Shown in pieces: positions 25,615-38,379 of a stretch of DNA of 64,000 nucleotides. The DNA is from Octopus bimaculoides. Taxonomy: Eukaryota. The notes beneath the pieces were generated by a model that searched no databases, was not told the origin of the DNA, and worked only from the letters and a program-made list of their open reading frames with translations. Position numbers and translations under genes: made by a program. The DNA lies in the NCBI RefSeq assembly GCF_001194135.2, contig NC_068998.1, forward strand, positions 17,458,746 to 17,522,745, given 5' to 3'. Each line of letters begins with the position of its first letter. The first letter of the stretch is position 1.

Positions 25615-25770
25615 CCAAACCAACCTTGCCTATTTCAACCATGATCTTGGGCTTAGCATATCTAAAACTACACTATATGTCCTTCCCTTTTCAAGCAAGT
25701 AAAATGCCAAGTGAACAAGATGTACCTTCTATTTCTAGCAGGTCACTCAACTACATGGAGGCTTGACCCT
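25615..25770 (+). mobile_element. Dispersed repeat family C
   Basis: caaccatgatc..actacactatatgtccttccc..ctatttctagcaggtca..catggaggct. Confidence 0.5.
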
Positions 25771-26780
25771 TGATTATCAATTAAAATGTATGCTTCCTTA
25801 CCAATAGTTATGTTTACCTAATGTTGAAAAAAAATGTCCCCACCAAACTGTTGCTGGTTTATAAGAATTGCTGCATTACCCTTTCGTGTAGTTCATGATA
25901 TTTAAGCTCTTTTTATGCATGATCATAGACATTAAAGCTGAGATCATTCTTCATTTTATACAGTCATATGTAGAACATACATCATGGCCTTTCCTTTCCT
26001 TTCATGGAAAGGTGTGATTTGCATGAAATTGAGATGCTATTTTTTTATCACATCTAGTGACTACCTATCAGCTCCTGCATTAGCTTCTGTAGTTTCACAT
26101 TACACAAATCAGATAATTCTCTGTTGAAAATTTACTACATGTTCTCAACACTTAGGTGTTTTGAATCATGTGGTATGTATGCTGATAAAACACCCAAAAT
26201 ACCCACAGTATATTTCAACTGGTAAACCCTATCCATAAGGACATTTGATTTCAGAATTTGACTTTTGTGATGTTACACATAGCTTGCTTGAGTTACAAAT
26301 AAAATTCACCTTCAGTGAGTTTTGTAATACAAATTGAATAATTGTACATATTCTTGATAGAACAGATTTATTTATTCAGAATAATATATAGTCATGATTG
26401 CCCATTTTAATGTTTGTAACTTGTTGCTCATTTTAATAATTTAGTGTATTTAGCATATTATTAAGCTTTGTGTAAAAAGTTAACTTTGTTTTAGCATTTA
26501 GTAAATTTTTTTATCAAATTTTTATTTTAAATAAAGTATTATCTCTGTTAACTAATATATTATTAATTCAAGTGTGCATTCTGCATACTGAACACAAATG
26601 TTGTGTCTCACATATGTAATACAGTGAGTATAAAGAAACTTTTATCAGCTTAGATTATTCAAGCAATTGTAAACAAAAACTGTCTCCAGTGAATGTTTAA
26701 AATCTAAAAACAGACATTGTATTAGACTTATTAGATATTTCCATTGAATATAGTCTGTTAACAAGTGTGATCAATACATG

Positions 26781-26783
<3 letters not shown>

Positions 26784-26858
<75 letters not shown>

Positions 26859-26894
26859 CATATGTATGTGTGTGTGTGTGTGTGTGAGAGAGAG
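26784..26894. repeat. (CA)36 followed by (TG)n(AG)n microsatellite
   Basis: direct reading. Confidence 0.95.
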
Positions 26895-27499
26895 AATTAA
26901 AGGAAATTTAAAATGTCTTTTGCTTTCAACTGTTGACTTTAAAAGCCAGATCCATTCCTATCTGCTTTATCTATATTAACCCCCAAAATTTCAATTATCT
27001 CATATTGGACTTACATTCATTGATTCCTTTAGATCCCACCTGAAAGGGATATTTTATTTACTGATTGCTTGGATGATCTCAGCTGATTAACGTTTTTCAA
27101 TGAGCTGTATTCTATGTGAGGTCTTTTATAATTATTTGTTCTATAAGTAATTGACAGTATAAATTATACATTTCTTCATTACTTAGAGCAGAATGTATTT
27201 CTTTATGCATAATTAAATCAGTATTTTTAATTTCCGGTTAAATAAGAAATTCAATCTTAGTGTTTAAAAGTACAGACAAATTTTGATTACCATGAGGGGG
27301 TGTAGTTTGGTTTTGATAACTCAGCAATTTTCAGTTAAATTTTTGTATATTAGAAAAATATTTATTGTATGTGGTTAGGTATATTTGTGTGTGTTTGTAT
27401 TTGTTCATATGTATTAATAGATATGTATATATGTTTCTGTATATGTGTTTATATATGTATGTGTATATGTGATTATATATGTATTTGTGTATATGCAAG

Positions 27500-28568
27500 A
27501 AGCAAATGGAGGAACAGTAACAGGAAGAAGTTGGTCGTTTGCGCTAGTAGGCCATTAATTCATTCATAAAGAAAAGTGGTAGTAATAGTACATTAAAAAT
27601 ATGGAATGCTTCACGAATTCACACAAATTCGTGAAGTGTTCCAGTGTCAATGGTGGTTCCAGAAATTCCGAGCTGGAACTACAGCCTAGAAGATCTGTAG
27701 AGCTTGATGAGGATGTACTGCAAACCGTGGTAGAGCAAAATCCCATTGTAATTGTTGAGGAACTAGCAGAAAAGCTTGGATTTGGTCATTCAACCATTCA
27801 GCGACGCCTGCGTACTATCGGAAAAGTCAGCAAATTTGGTCAATGGCTTCCTCACAAACTTTCCCAGTCTAATCGCATGCAGAAAGGGAGTGTGTGCTCT
27901 TGTTTGCTGTTACATCTCATGAATGAACCGTGACTGGTGACGAGAAATGTCAAGTGCCGGAGACAGTGGGTAGAGAAAGGAGAAACACCAGCACCCCAGG
28001 CTAAAGAAGGTCTTCACCCACGTAAGGTGTTGTTGTTATCTGTTTGGTGAAGTTTGAAAGGTTTAGTCCACTTTGAACTTTTAAGCCTAAACCAAATGCT
28101 AACAAAGGAGATCTACTGTGAGCAGCTGGAGCGGCTTAAGTCAGTGCTAGAAGAAAACAGTCATCTTTGGTTTCAAGGCGAAAGGTGTCCTTCCATCAGT
28201 ATAATGCTCGGCCACATAAACTGAGGATGACACCCCAAAAGCTGGAGCAGTTTGAATGGGAAATGATGCTCCACCCACCATATTTGCCAGACATTACCCC
28301 ATCTAATTATCATTTATTTTATAGTCTTCAAAATCATTTGGATTGAAAAAATGTGAATTTTGTAGATGAGGTCAGAACAGTACTGGAGGAGTATTTTTTG
28401 TCATGGACAAGTGAATTTTGGAAGAGGAGCCTTGCAAGTCTGTCAGATAGCTGGAAGAGCATTATAAAAAATGAAGGAGTGTATATTTTAGATTAAAAAA
28501 GAACCTTATCTTAATTTTGAAAAGTAAATGAAGTGTAAAAAAAACACTATTTATGGGATGACACAATA
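27500..28568 (+). mobile_element. Decayed mariner (D,D34D Tc1/mariner) transposon, transposase pseudogene with 3' TIR
   Basis: HTH SVELDEDVLQTVVEQNP..EELAEKL..STIQRRL, GQWLPHKL, VTGDEK, LHPRKVLL, HQYNARPH (D to Y), PPYLPDITPSNYHLF (D to N); stops and frameshifts; ORF end 28496; right TIR tatttatgggatgacacaata ending 28568; left TIR not seen. Confidence 0.93.
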
Positions 28569-28612
28569 CATGTATGTGTATATATGTATGTGTGTGCATA
28601 TATATATATATA

Positions 28613-28643
<31 letters not shown>

Positions 28644-28881
28644 NNNNNNNNNNNNNNNNNNNNNNNNNNNNNNNNNNNNNNNNNNNNNNNNNNNNNNNNN
28701 NNNNNNNNNNNNNNNNNNNNNNNNNNNNNNNNNNNNNNNNNNNNNNNNNNNNNNNNNNNNNNNNNNNNNNNNNNNNNNNNNNNNNNNNNNNNNNNNNNNN
28801 NNNNNNNNNNNNNNNNNNNNNNNNNNNNNNNNNNNNNNNNNNNNNNNNNNNNNNNNNNNNNNNNNNNNNNNNNNNNNNNNN
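28644..28881. other. Assembly gap (N)
   Basis: run of N. Confidence 1.
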
Positions 28882-29183
28882 TGTTGCCAGTACCGCCTGA
28901 CTGGCTCCCGTAGGATTTTCGAGTGAGATCGTTGCCAGTGCCCCTGGACTGGCTTGTGCGGGTGGCACATAAAAGACACCATTTCGAGCGTGGCCGTTTT
29001 CGTGCGGGTGACACGTAAAAGCACCCACTACACTCTCTGAGTGGTTGGCGTTAGGAAGGGCATCCAGCTGTAGAAACTCTGCCAAATTAGATTGGAGCCT
29101 GGTGTTGCCATCCGGTTTCACCAGTCCTCAGTCAAATCGTCCAACCCATGCTAGCATGGAAAGCGGACGTTAAACGATGATGA

Positions 29184-29187
<4 letters not shown>
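28882..29187 (+). mobile_element. Young CpG-rich RTE-type 3' UTR/tail lying between (TA)n tracts
   Basis: two gtgcgggtg(g/a)cac(a/g)taaaag(a)cacc modules, gagtggttggcgttaggaagggcatccagctgtag, ccatgctagcatgg, (GAT)n. Confidence 0.95.
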
Positions 29188-29220
<33 letters not shown>

Positions 29221-29819
29221 GCAACCCAATAGATAATCTGTCCCTGACAGAACTCTTCCCTACATTCCATCTTCGCAACACAAGTTCCCTCTTTCACCTC
29301 CACTTGTGCTTAACATCTGTTGTATCTACCTCCCCTCTTTCTCCCTGCTACCCCTGTTGAATTTTTACTCCAACAGCATACCCTCCTAACAATTCCTCCC
29401 TCTATTGCTGTCCACTCACTCCACCTCCCTCCCTCTTTCACCTCACACTCTCCTTTCACCACTCACCTTATCCAATCCTTGGTCCCACTTATGTACATCT
29501 CCCTTTAACCTGAGTTACAGAGAGGTTTATACTTAAGTGGAACCAAATAACCTTAATGTGTAGCTAGATATTCTGTTGTTAGATGGAACCATTGAAGTAA
29601 AATCAAGAAATATTTCTCTAATTGCTTTAAGCAGTGAAGAATAGCTTGTACTTTCGTGGTTTATTCAAATAGTTCCATCTAACTACAGAATACCTATTTG
29701 CAAATTTAATCTAAATGATAAACACTAAAGCATCTTATGTGAAAAACATGTGTGATGCCGGAAATTGTTTAAAGCAAATTTTCAATTGGTTTTATATGGA
29801 GGTAGACCTGTATCAATGC

Positions 29820-30370
29820 TTTTTGCAACCTTTCTAAGATGGGTGAGATTAATGTAGCTGATATTCCTGTTGAACAGTTGTATGTTGATAGTGGTAGGGA
29901 AAACATGCTGGTAGAGAATTTCTGAGAGCCAATGTTTTAGGTAGGGAAGAATAAGTATAGTAGTTATTGCATAGGCCTGAACATTGGTGCATTCAGTATA
30001 AGTGATGAGGGAAGGAAATGAGTGAGTGGAGGGTGGTAGAAGATCATTCAGTTCTGAGGAACAGAGGCCACTGTAGTAATACAGGAAAAGGCAGACACAG
30101 CTAGTCTGTGAGCTAGAGTTTGGTGTGATAGTAACTTCATGCCAGTCAGTTAAGTGGCTTTTCTTTGGAAGCTGTCATGGTTGTGCATGTTTAATAATAA
30201 CTGATCTGTATGTGAATGAAGTATTCCATGGTAGGTCCTTCCTGAGCTTTATTAGTTGTTGGGATCTGAAGTATTTTCTGACTAAGAGAAAAGCTAGTCT
30301 TTGCTAAGTTTAGTATGTATATTCAACCAGGAGAGATCCTCAGTAATGATGAGGCCTAGCATTTGTAGCA
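29820..30370 (-). pseudogene. CR1/L2-type LINE ORF2 C-terminal remnant
   Basis: minus translation LQMLGLIITEDLSW.., QTLAHRLAV..YYSGLCSSELNDLLPP, NSLPAHVFPT..QLFNRNI (frameshifted). Confidence 0.75.
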
Positions 30371-30744
30371 ACATATAGTAACTAGAACATGAATATTTAT
30401 GTTTTATAAATTTTAATAATTATTGCCATCAGCATTTTGTATTTATTTTCATTAGATCATAATAACCTTAAATACTGAATGATTTTGCACACTTTTTATT
30501 ATACTTCATATTCTAGACAAAACTGTAATGAGACAAAAAGTTTTCATTGTCATATTTGACCTTACTTCTTAATGGAAACCTGAAAAATCAAATATTAAGC
30601 AAAAGATCAGTTAAAGATTAAGAAAGAATAAAACCATTTTGTTTCTGGAAACTGAATTTTTAAAATCAAGTATGCCCATTTATTGTTGTATATTACTCTA
30701 GTTTTCAAAAATCCTAATATAAATGAACTCGCTCTAGATGTAAA

Positions 30745-30964
30745 TTAACCTTTTAACATTCAAATCAGCCATATCCAGCCCAAATATTCTACTTGATTTA
30801 TGTTTAAACCAGCCAGACCTAGCATCTCACACCTATTCTACAATGTCATTCTAAAAATAAACAATCACATCTTGAGGATAGGAGATAATGCATGATTAAT
30901 TCAAAACAATGTGAGTAAATAAATATTACATTTGACTGAGTAATCTGAATGTTAATGGTTTTAA
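30745..30964. mobile_element. piggyBac-like MITE
   Basis: TTAA-CC(C)TTT termini; right end aatctgaatgttaatgg..ttaa; similar over its whole length to 54211-54438. Confidence 0.75.
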
Positions 30965-31439
30965 AGAAACAATCTAGGAAGAAAGTGTCAAAAATTAAGT
31001 AAATTAGTCATCCAATTAAAGTAAGCCATGAGGGAAATTTGTTCAGATGACCAAATGTAATTTTCGTATATTAATCTCCTGTACAAATAACTTGTGTACA
31101 ATTTCTTTTTATGTCCTCAATGAAAATTATCACGCTCTGTATATTGTAAATATAAACTGTTTCTATGAAGTTGCTTTTAAAGATGGAAAAGTAAGCTAAT
31201 AACTTTAAACTCTGCGATATGGCATTTATTTAATTCCATTTTCTCATAACTGATATATTTTACGCACACCCAAAGTTTCAGCAAAATATTCTTTTAATAT
31301 TTTGCTTGTTTCAATCATTAGACTGTAGCAGTGATACGATACTACCTTAAAGGGTTTTGTTGACTATCTCTCCATTCTAGTACTCATTTCATTTCATGTT
31401 GGAAGGTAAAATGACTGTCAACTTCACCGATCAATCCCA

Positions 31440-31850
31440 TATCTTCCTCATTCTCACTCTTCCTCTCATTCCTTCTATTTTGAATTACTGGGCACTCTTT
31501 ATTCAACTACTATCTTCTATACACACCACATCTATGCCAGCACAGTTTCTTCTTTTACACACAGTTGCTGATTTCTCTTTTATCCAGTTTTTCTCAGTTC
31601 ATCTATGCTCCACCATTCATTCATACTAACATTGCACATCCAGTGGATTAGGCTTGTCTCATTTCTTTCCAGCTTTGCACATCCTCCACATTCAGTGCCT
31701 GTGTTTCACTACCAAGTAATATCTCGGTGCATAAGCATCATACAATATGACCTTCACTTGGAGAAGAGCTGCTTTTGCTGTCAGCATGGGCAAAAGCTCT
31801 CTGAAAACTTTCCACCCCATTCTTCCTCTGGCCCATATTCTTTCAGAACA
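31440..31850 (-). pseudogene. RTE-clade LINE ORF2 remnant
   Basis: minus translation GWKVFRELLPMLTAKAALLQVKVILYDA.., similar to 45800-45990. Confidence 0.75.
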
Positions 31851-31959
31851 TCTATCTGCATTGCTAATTAGTTCATTAACTTAATAAAACCTGTCAAATA
31901 CTTTCTAGCAAAGAAGATCAAGCATTTCAAAAGAATTCATTTTCTTGGGGCTTCTTTAT

Positions 31960-32110
31960 ATACAGCAGAACTTGTATAGAGTTTCTGTCTACTTATTCCA
32001 CTCACAAGGATTAAGTTAACCTAAGGCACTTGCTTAATGTTCCATGCAGTGGAATCAAATCCTGAACCAAGTAATTTCAAAGCAGATTTCTTAACCACGT
32101 GGCCATATTG
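31960..32110 (-). mobile_element. SINE family A head remnant
   Basis: ccactcacaagg..cacttgc..catgcagtgg..ttcttaaccac. Confidence 0.6.
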
Positions 32111-32356
32111 AAAATATCTTATCTCAGTAATTTTAAGCTACTATTATAAATCTTTTTTTAAGATTAGCATTTTATTGGCTTTTTTTTTTCACTAAGCTCA
32201 TTTCCCATACTGTAGTCAAGATCATATATATGATGTTGAGGTACACATCATTTACATAGATTAAGATTTGCATAACAAGCTTTTTGTTTTTCTTTTGTAC
32301 CTACTTCCTAATGTAGAATTGATGTGGCTAGGTCTAATACCAACATTTGGTGGGGG

Positions 32357-32366
32357 NNNNNNNNNN
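32357..32366. other. Assembly gap (10 N)
   Basis: run of N. Confidence 1.
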
Positions 32367-32411
32367 TACTGATGCCCTAGCACTCATATTGTAAATCATG
32401 AGAATATTGGT

Positions 32412-32622
32412 TACAAATTTTGACACAAGGCCAGGAATTTTGTTGGTTGGGGTAAGTTTATTACATTGACCCCAGTGCTCAACTGGTGCTTATTTTATCA
32501 ACCCCAAAAGGATGAAAGGCAAAGTTGACCTTGGCAGAATTTGAACTCAGAAAGTAAAGACAGACAAAGCGCTATTAAGCATTTTGACTGGCATGCTAAC
32601 GATTCTGCTAGCTTACCACCTT
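32412..32622 (-). mobile_element. tRNA-derived SINE family E (Meta-domain-like core), full length
   Basis: head tagcagaatcgttagc, B-box gagttcaaattc, core gcctttcatcc..gataaaataag.accagttgagcactggggtc; family naming is from memory. Confidence 0.85.
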
Positions 32623-33225
32623 AAATCACAAGAATATTGAAAGTATTAAGAATTGAAGCCATTTTATTATAATTAGAAAAATATCCATCATTTACTATTT
32701 GAATGATAAATCTTTAGCATTTCGACTATTTATATTAACTCTTTTAATATAATATATTGACAACTGTAGCTGCCAATGTACATTCACTAAGTGATTCTGC
32801 CATCACTTCTTAGGTAACTAGAGTGAAAGTTAACCAATGAGGTCATATTAAGATCAAAACCTATCTGGAGTTGAATAACTGAATAATAAAAATATTATTA
32901 ACTAATAGTGATTTAATTTTTTTTTTCTCATTCAATAACAGATAGTCAACAGCCATTGACAGAGTTGCAAAAGCAACGAAAATTTTGAAAGAAAAAATAT
33001 AAATAATAAACGAGTGGGAATTGAACCAGTGAGTGTGTTAGATAATAAGGCATTAAGACAATATGACTCTCCCCAGACACAACTTAATTGGCTTCAACAC
33101 ATGAGCTGATATAAAGAATCTTGCAAACCAGATACAAAATTGAAATAATCATATCTAGCTATCTTTTCAATGCTCTCTACATTAACACCAAGTGTTATAA
33201 CTGTCTTACAATATTAGTTATGGAG

Positions 33226-33350
33226 GTTGACTTAGCTTTTCATCCATTCAGGGTCAATAAAATAAGTACCAGTTGAGCACTGGTGTCAATGCAATCAACT
33301 TACTCTCTCCCACCAAACTGATGGCCTTCTGCCAAAAAATTTGAAACCAG
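33226..33350 (+). mobile_element. 5'-truncated SINE family E with 14-bp TSD
   Basis: core gtcaataaaataagtaccagttgagcactgg; TSD tattagttatggag at 33212-33225 and 33351-33364. Confidence 0.88.
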
Positions 33351-33724
33351 TATTAGTTATGGAGTTGTTACATACCACTGTTTTCGAATGACCTGAAAGT
33401 AAATGCAATATGTTGGTGTGGGTTTTTTTAATTTTTTAATTTTTTTAATTTTTTCTATATGATAAATGTTTGGTTTACAAAGACGAGAATGGTGTTAAAA
33501 CTTTGATACCATAAAGAACAAAGACATTTCACTACTGCTTTATTTACATATACCTTTTGGTCCAAATAAAAATTGTCCTTTATCTCATATTCATTCTTTT
33601 GATTGCTGTTCCTTTGTTTCTAATACACACATACACATTCTAATACACATATTCCTACGATCATGAATGCAGATGCACAGCCAATCTCATTAAAATGTAA
33701 TCATGATGTACTAACAAGGGAAGC

Positions 33725-33840
33725 ATTTACAAATTGCTAAAAACAGCAGTCAAATCTCCTAATGCCTTAAATGATATATGGCATGTGCAAAACGATAGTG
33801 TGGATGCTTGGAATGCCTTTAAGAAGTACTGACCTGCTTT
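33725..33840 (-). mobile_element. Dispersed repeat family C remnant
   Basis: gctaaaaacagcagtcaaatctcc..gcttggaatgccttt. Confidence 0.45.
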
Positions 33841-33939
33841 CATAAATATGTTGTTATATCTAAGAATCCAGATATTTTACTGAATGATTATTTAAATTGA
33901 AATTGATGAGTTACTCTTTGAAAGCTTAATTTATATTAT

Positions 33940-34142
33940 AACGGTAGTGGACTGGCTAAGGGCAATGGACTGTCAGAAATGTTAACGACTCAAACAAATT
34001 GTGACTACAAATCCTACCAAGGTCATCTCCTTCATGCTTCTTTGATCAATAAAATAAAGTACCAGTCAAATACTGGGGTGAATTTAATCAACTAACCCCC
34101 TCTCCCCAAATTTGTGACCTTGTGCTTGTGTTAGAAATCAAT
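33940..34142 (+). mobile_element. SINE family E (degenerate)
   Basis: gatcaataaaataaagtaccagtcaaatactggggtg..cccc..ccttgtgc. Confidence 0.7.
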
Positions 34143-35149
34143 ATTTTAATGGTAATTAATTACTGATTTATCCTCAACCAGTCAGTCCATTCTACTTTGA
34201 TTAAGTAAACAATTTAATTATCTAAAAATCATTTACTTGCCTTTTTAGCTATATTGATTTTTTTTTTCTGTCTACTGAAATTTTTAGTTGGTTTCTAGTT
34301 GATTGAGAAGCAAGTACTTGTATAACAAGAAAATTTCAGTTGTTCACCTTTTTAACTTTTTTTTTCCATTTGACTGGTTATTATATTAAGTACTTCCCTT
34401 ACTTTTCACTAATTAATTTCCATTCACTAAATACTGCATAGTTTCACTATTAATTCCAGACTTATCAAGTGACCTGAATATAATTTTTTTTTTCTTTAAA
34501 CATAACTGGTGTGTTCTTAAAACATTACTAGTATTCTTGATTATTTGAATATTAGATTTATCTTAGTTGCAGAATGTTAAAATTGATAATTTCTAACTTC
34601 TTTATATATGAAAAAAAAAAAAGTTTGTGTAAAAAAAATTCTAAATGTGTTTCCTTTTTTTGAAATTTAATTTGCTTTCCTTATTTAGCTGAATATTGAT
34701 TCATTGTTTCTATACTGGAGCAGAATCCCTGAATTACTATTACTGCTATAAGAGTTGGATAATGTTATTGTTGGTATCCACATCTTCTCCATTAGCCTGT
34801 AAGATTTGGGCCTAGGGTTATTGTATAGCAAATCTATTATCAGTTTTACTGGAAATTATTGAAATTTTACAATTGTATTTATGCCATATATGAAATGAGA
34901 GACAAAGATGTTAGATCTGTCCATATTCACCCCCCAACCACCTCATGTATCTCACCACTCATCTTACTCTCAAATCACAATGCCTGCATAATGAGAGGTT
35001 GCAGCAGATATGCCGAAGCGCTCTCTCTCTCTCTCTAACAAATATGTAGCTGTCTTTGTGTCTCTTTGTCTCATCACTGAATATCAAATAAAAATTGCAT
35101 CGGATCTAATGGTATCTAATTCTCTCCTATCATCTCTTTTCTACTAGCA

Positions 35150-35842
35150 AACATTTAGCTATCAGAAATGCCTCGCCTTGTGCAACTACCTACCTTTGTA
35201 TACTGCTAACCGCAACTCCCATTCTCTCCTCACAGATCATTTTTCATTAACCTCCATCACGCTCTTACTACTGACTACTTCTACAACTATCCATCACTTT
35301 CCTAGTTTGCTCTGCAACTCGTGTTTCCCTCATAACACCCTGCCAGTACTGCTCCTCTTTTATTTGCTGCTCTCTGTAGCACTGTCTTTTCCATTTTCTT
35401 TCTTCTTCCACACTTTTCCCTGCCATATTCTCCCTTTCACCTTGGTTTTACCTTCTGCGGTCACCCTGTCTCTTCCACACTCTCTTGGCCACGTTGCCCT
35501 GAATGAATGTAACCCTCTCTCCTACATACCTTATTGGTCCTCTTGTCCCAATTAAACAGGGGCATTATACAGTGTGAGAATTTCTTTTGTCTTGCTAGGT
35601 ACAAAGTAACCTCACTAGTGCTGGCTGCAAGATAAAATGAACTTAATATACTCTGAATATACTCTGAAGTGGTTGGTGTTAGGAAGGGCATCCAACTGTA
35701 GAAACAATGGCAAAGAAAATGTATGAGTGTGATGTGGTCTCCTGACACATCTAAGAAGTAAGTTACTCCATATAAAGACTCAGTCTGCAACAACCCACTC
35801 AACCCCTGCCAGCATGGAGAACAGGCACCAAGTGATGATGAT
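35150..35842 (+). mobile_element. RTE-type 3' UTR with pyrimidine-rich upstream part and (GAT)n tail
   Basis: gaagtggttggtgttaggaagggcatccaactgtagaaac..gccagcatggag..tgatgatgat (35670-35842); the upstream boundary is approximate. Confidence 0.7.
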
Positions 35843-38379
35843 ATACTTATGTGATTGTAAATCATCAATTCTAAGTACCATAATGTCACCATCTAATATT
35901 GAAAATATGAAAAAAATTACAAAATTTAGTATGATGATTTAATTCTGTAAATTATACAAGCTACAAGGGTATATCAAGTAGTCCCCTCCTCCTCCTCAAG
36001 TATTAGCCTGCCTTAAAATGCAATCAAGTTTCTATAATAGTTCATAGACTGACCTTTTGTGCTTCTAAAATTTTTGCATTCTGCAGTCTACAGAAAAAGG
36101 GATTTCAAAAGTTTTCTTTTTCTCCTGGGTTGTTTTCAGAGTGTCCCAATGACATGAGATGTGTCTTAGAAACACTATAAGTTGTTTTTACAATATTGTC
36201 TTGCTGATCAATTCTAGCAGTATGGGATTTTTATTAACTTACTTTGTGGCTCTATAATAATATCTTTGGCTTAAACATGGTCTTTTCTCTTTTAGTATAT
36301 GTTAAAGTAGCAAACAAAAGCAACTTCTGATCAGGTAAGGCATGTAACAAGGTTGTGGGAAAAAAAGCAAGATGAAAGCAGTTTTATATTCATTATCAGC
36401 ATTTGCTATATCTTGTGGTGTTGTGGGCATTATATTTTTCCATTATTCGTTAGCCAGGTTTAACCCCCAGCAGAAGTTTATCTTTGCTAAACTTATTATG
36501 TTTCTGTATTGTAAAAGAAAAGGTAAAAAATTGCAGACCATAACTGATAACAGGATCTGTTGCTAAGGCACTAAGAAAACATCTTGGCAAAGTATGGGAA
36601 TGGGCTGAGTCTTTGTTTTTAAGATTATCTTTTGCTCAACATTTTCTGGTCAAAATTAGAATGCATTTTTGATACCAAGAAATACGGAAATGTTCATTTA
36701 TCTCTGTGCTGAGTCTCTGAAATTTTGATTTTACATTCTTACTTTTTGGTTTCCCACCTGTTATATTTTTTGAAGTTGATAGTTATTTTCCTTTTCATGC
36801 CAACTTTTTTTGTTTTTAAACCCGGAGATATTCATTTGAGATAAATAATACCATATTAAAGAATGATATAATAAAAAGTAACAGGTTTTGATATGACTAA
36901 ATTACATATAATATATAGCCATTTTATTTAAACTTATTTCTTTCATATTGTAACCATTCATGAATATAACACTTAGATTTGTATTATAATTTTGTTGTTT
37001 GAGAAATACATGAACTTTAACTGCTGAATGAAAGTCAAGTTCATGTTACTAATACTAAACAATTGTTTAGTATTTATAGTTTTGATTTATATACACTGTT
37101 TAATTGTTACCTTCTGAAAGTACTTGCAATCTTCCACCCTGTTTGATATCTACACAATCTCCTTTGATCATTTTATAACCAAACCTAAATAATGATTATC
37201 TAGCTACTTATTTACACTTTGTGGCAATTTACTAGAGTGGTGTCTTACAATCTCTATAGGCTACTTTGTTACTAGTTTTACTGATTAAAGTATAGCAGAG
37301 GTATGGGTGTAGATAGTGGTCAGTTAAGATGCTTCAATAGCTTACACTTTTCGATTCAAGTTCTATTGTGGTTATTTTGCTGTTCATCTCTCCAAGTTTG
37401 ATTAAATATACTTAGGTTAAATCAACTACATTTCACCTTCTGCTTTTATAAAAGGATTTGCATCTAAGAATGAAATTACTTTTAACTTTTTCAGTGTGAC
37501 CACCTAGACTTCTCCTATTCTGTTTCTCAGAACTAACACAAGTCAGTGTGATTTCAATTATTTATGAGACACAGCATGACTTTTCATTTCATACTTAACA
37601 CTCTCAATCTATTCACTGGAAAGATTGCAAAATGAGCCAGATCAGGAATGATTAAAATATAACTGTATGACTTTAAAAATAAATCAGACAAATTCTCTTG
37701 TGGAGCATAAGTGATAGTCACAAATCAGTATTCTATAAAATATCTTCAGAAACATCATACTAAATTTTTAATACTATTTTGTTTAAATAATGAAAGTGTG
37801 CTTAAAATATTATTACTCTTTATCTTTTTCAATTGATATTTTTAGCTGTAGAATTTGTAAAAGCTCTTGCTTGTATCAGTATGACAATCCAGGCTAATTT
37901 TAATCAGCTTTTGCAAAAGAAATAAGTTTATATCAGTATAGCTCCAAATTCCATTCGAATACCCCAAAGGGAAATGTCAGCTATAGATTTAATATTTTAA
38001 TTTTATTATAGCACCTTTTATTCAAGGACTTCCTGCATAGTTATTGTTACCTCTCTCCATTACTTATCATGCAACCCATTCATAATTTTATCTTTTTAAA
38101 GTATTATCATTGAAAATTATACAAAATGTGTTTTAACACACAAAAAATACTAAATATTTTGATCACGAGTACTATGAAGTACTGAAAGACTTGATTATGC
38201 AGTACATGAACTGGATTGTGATCTATCTGAAAGCATTTTCTTTGTTATGTTACATTTTAAATTTTTATTTTTCAATATAATACCAGGTAAAGGAAAAATA
38301 TGATTTAAGAGTAACAGCTACGACCACTTTATTTTAAGGTATAAAATAAACTAATTATAATACACTTGTCAGCCAAAAT

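Noticed and set aside
28462-29121. ORF-track ORFs of 108-219 aa
   Set aside because: They span the N-gap, (TA)n and a non-coding RTE 3' UTR.
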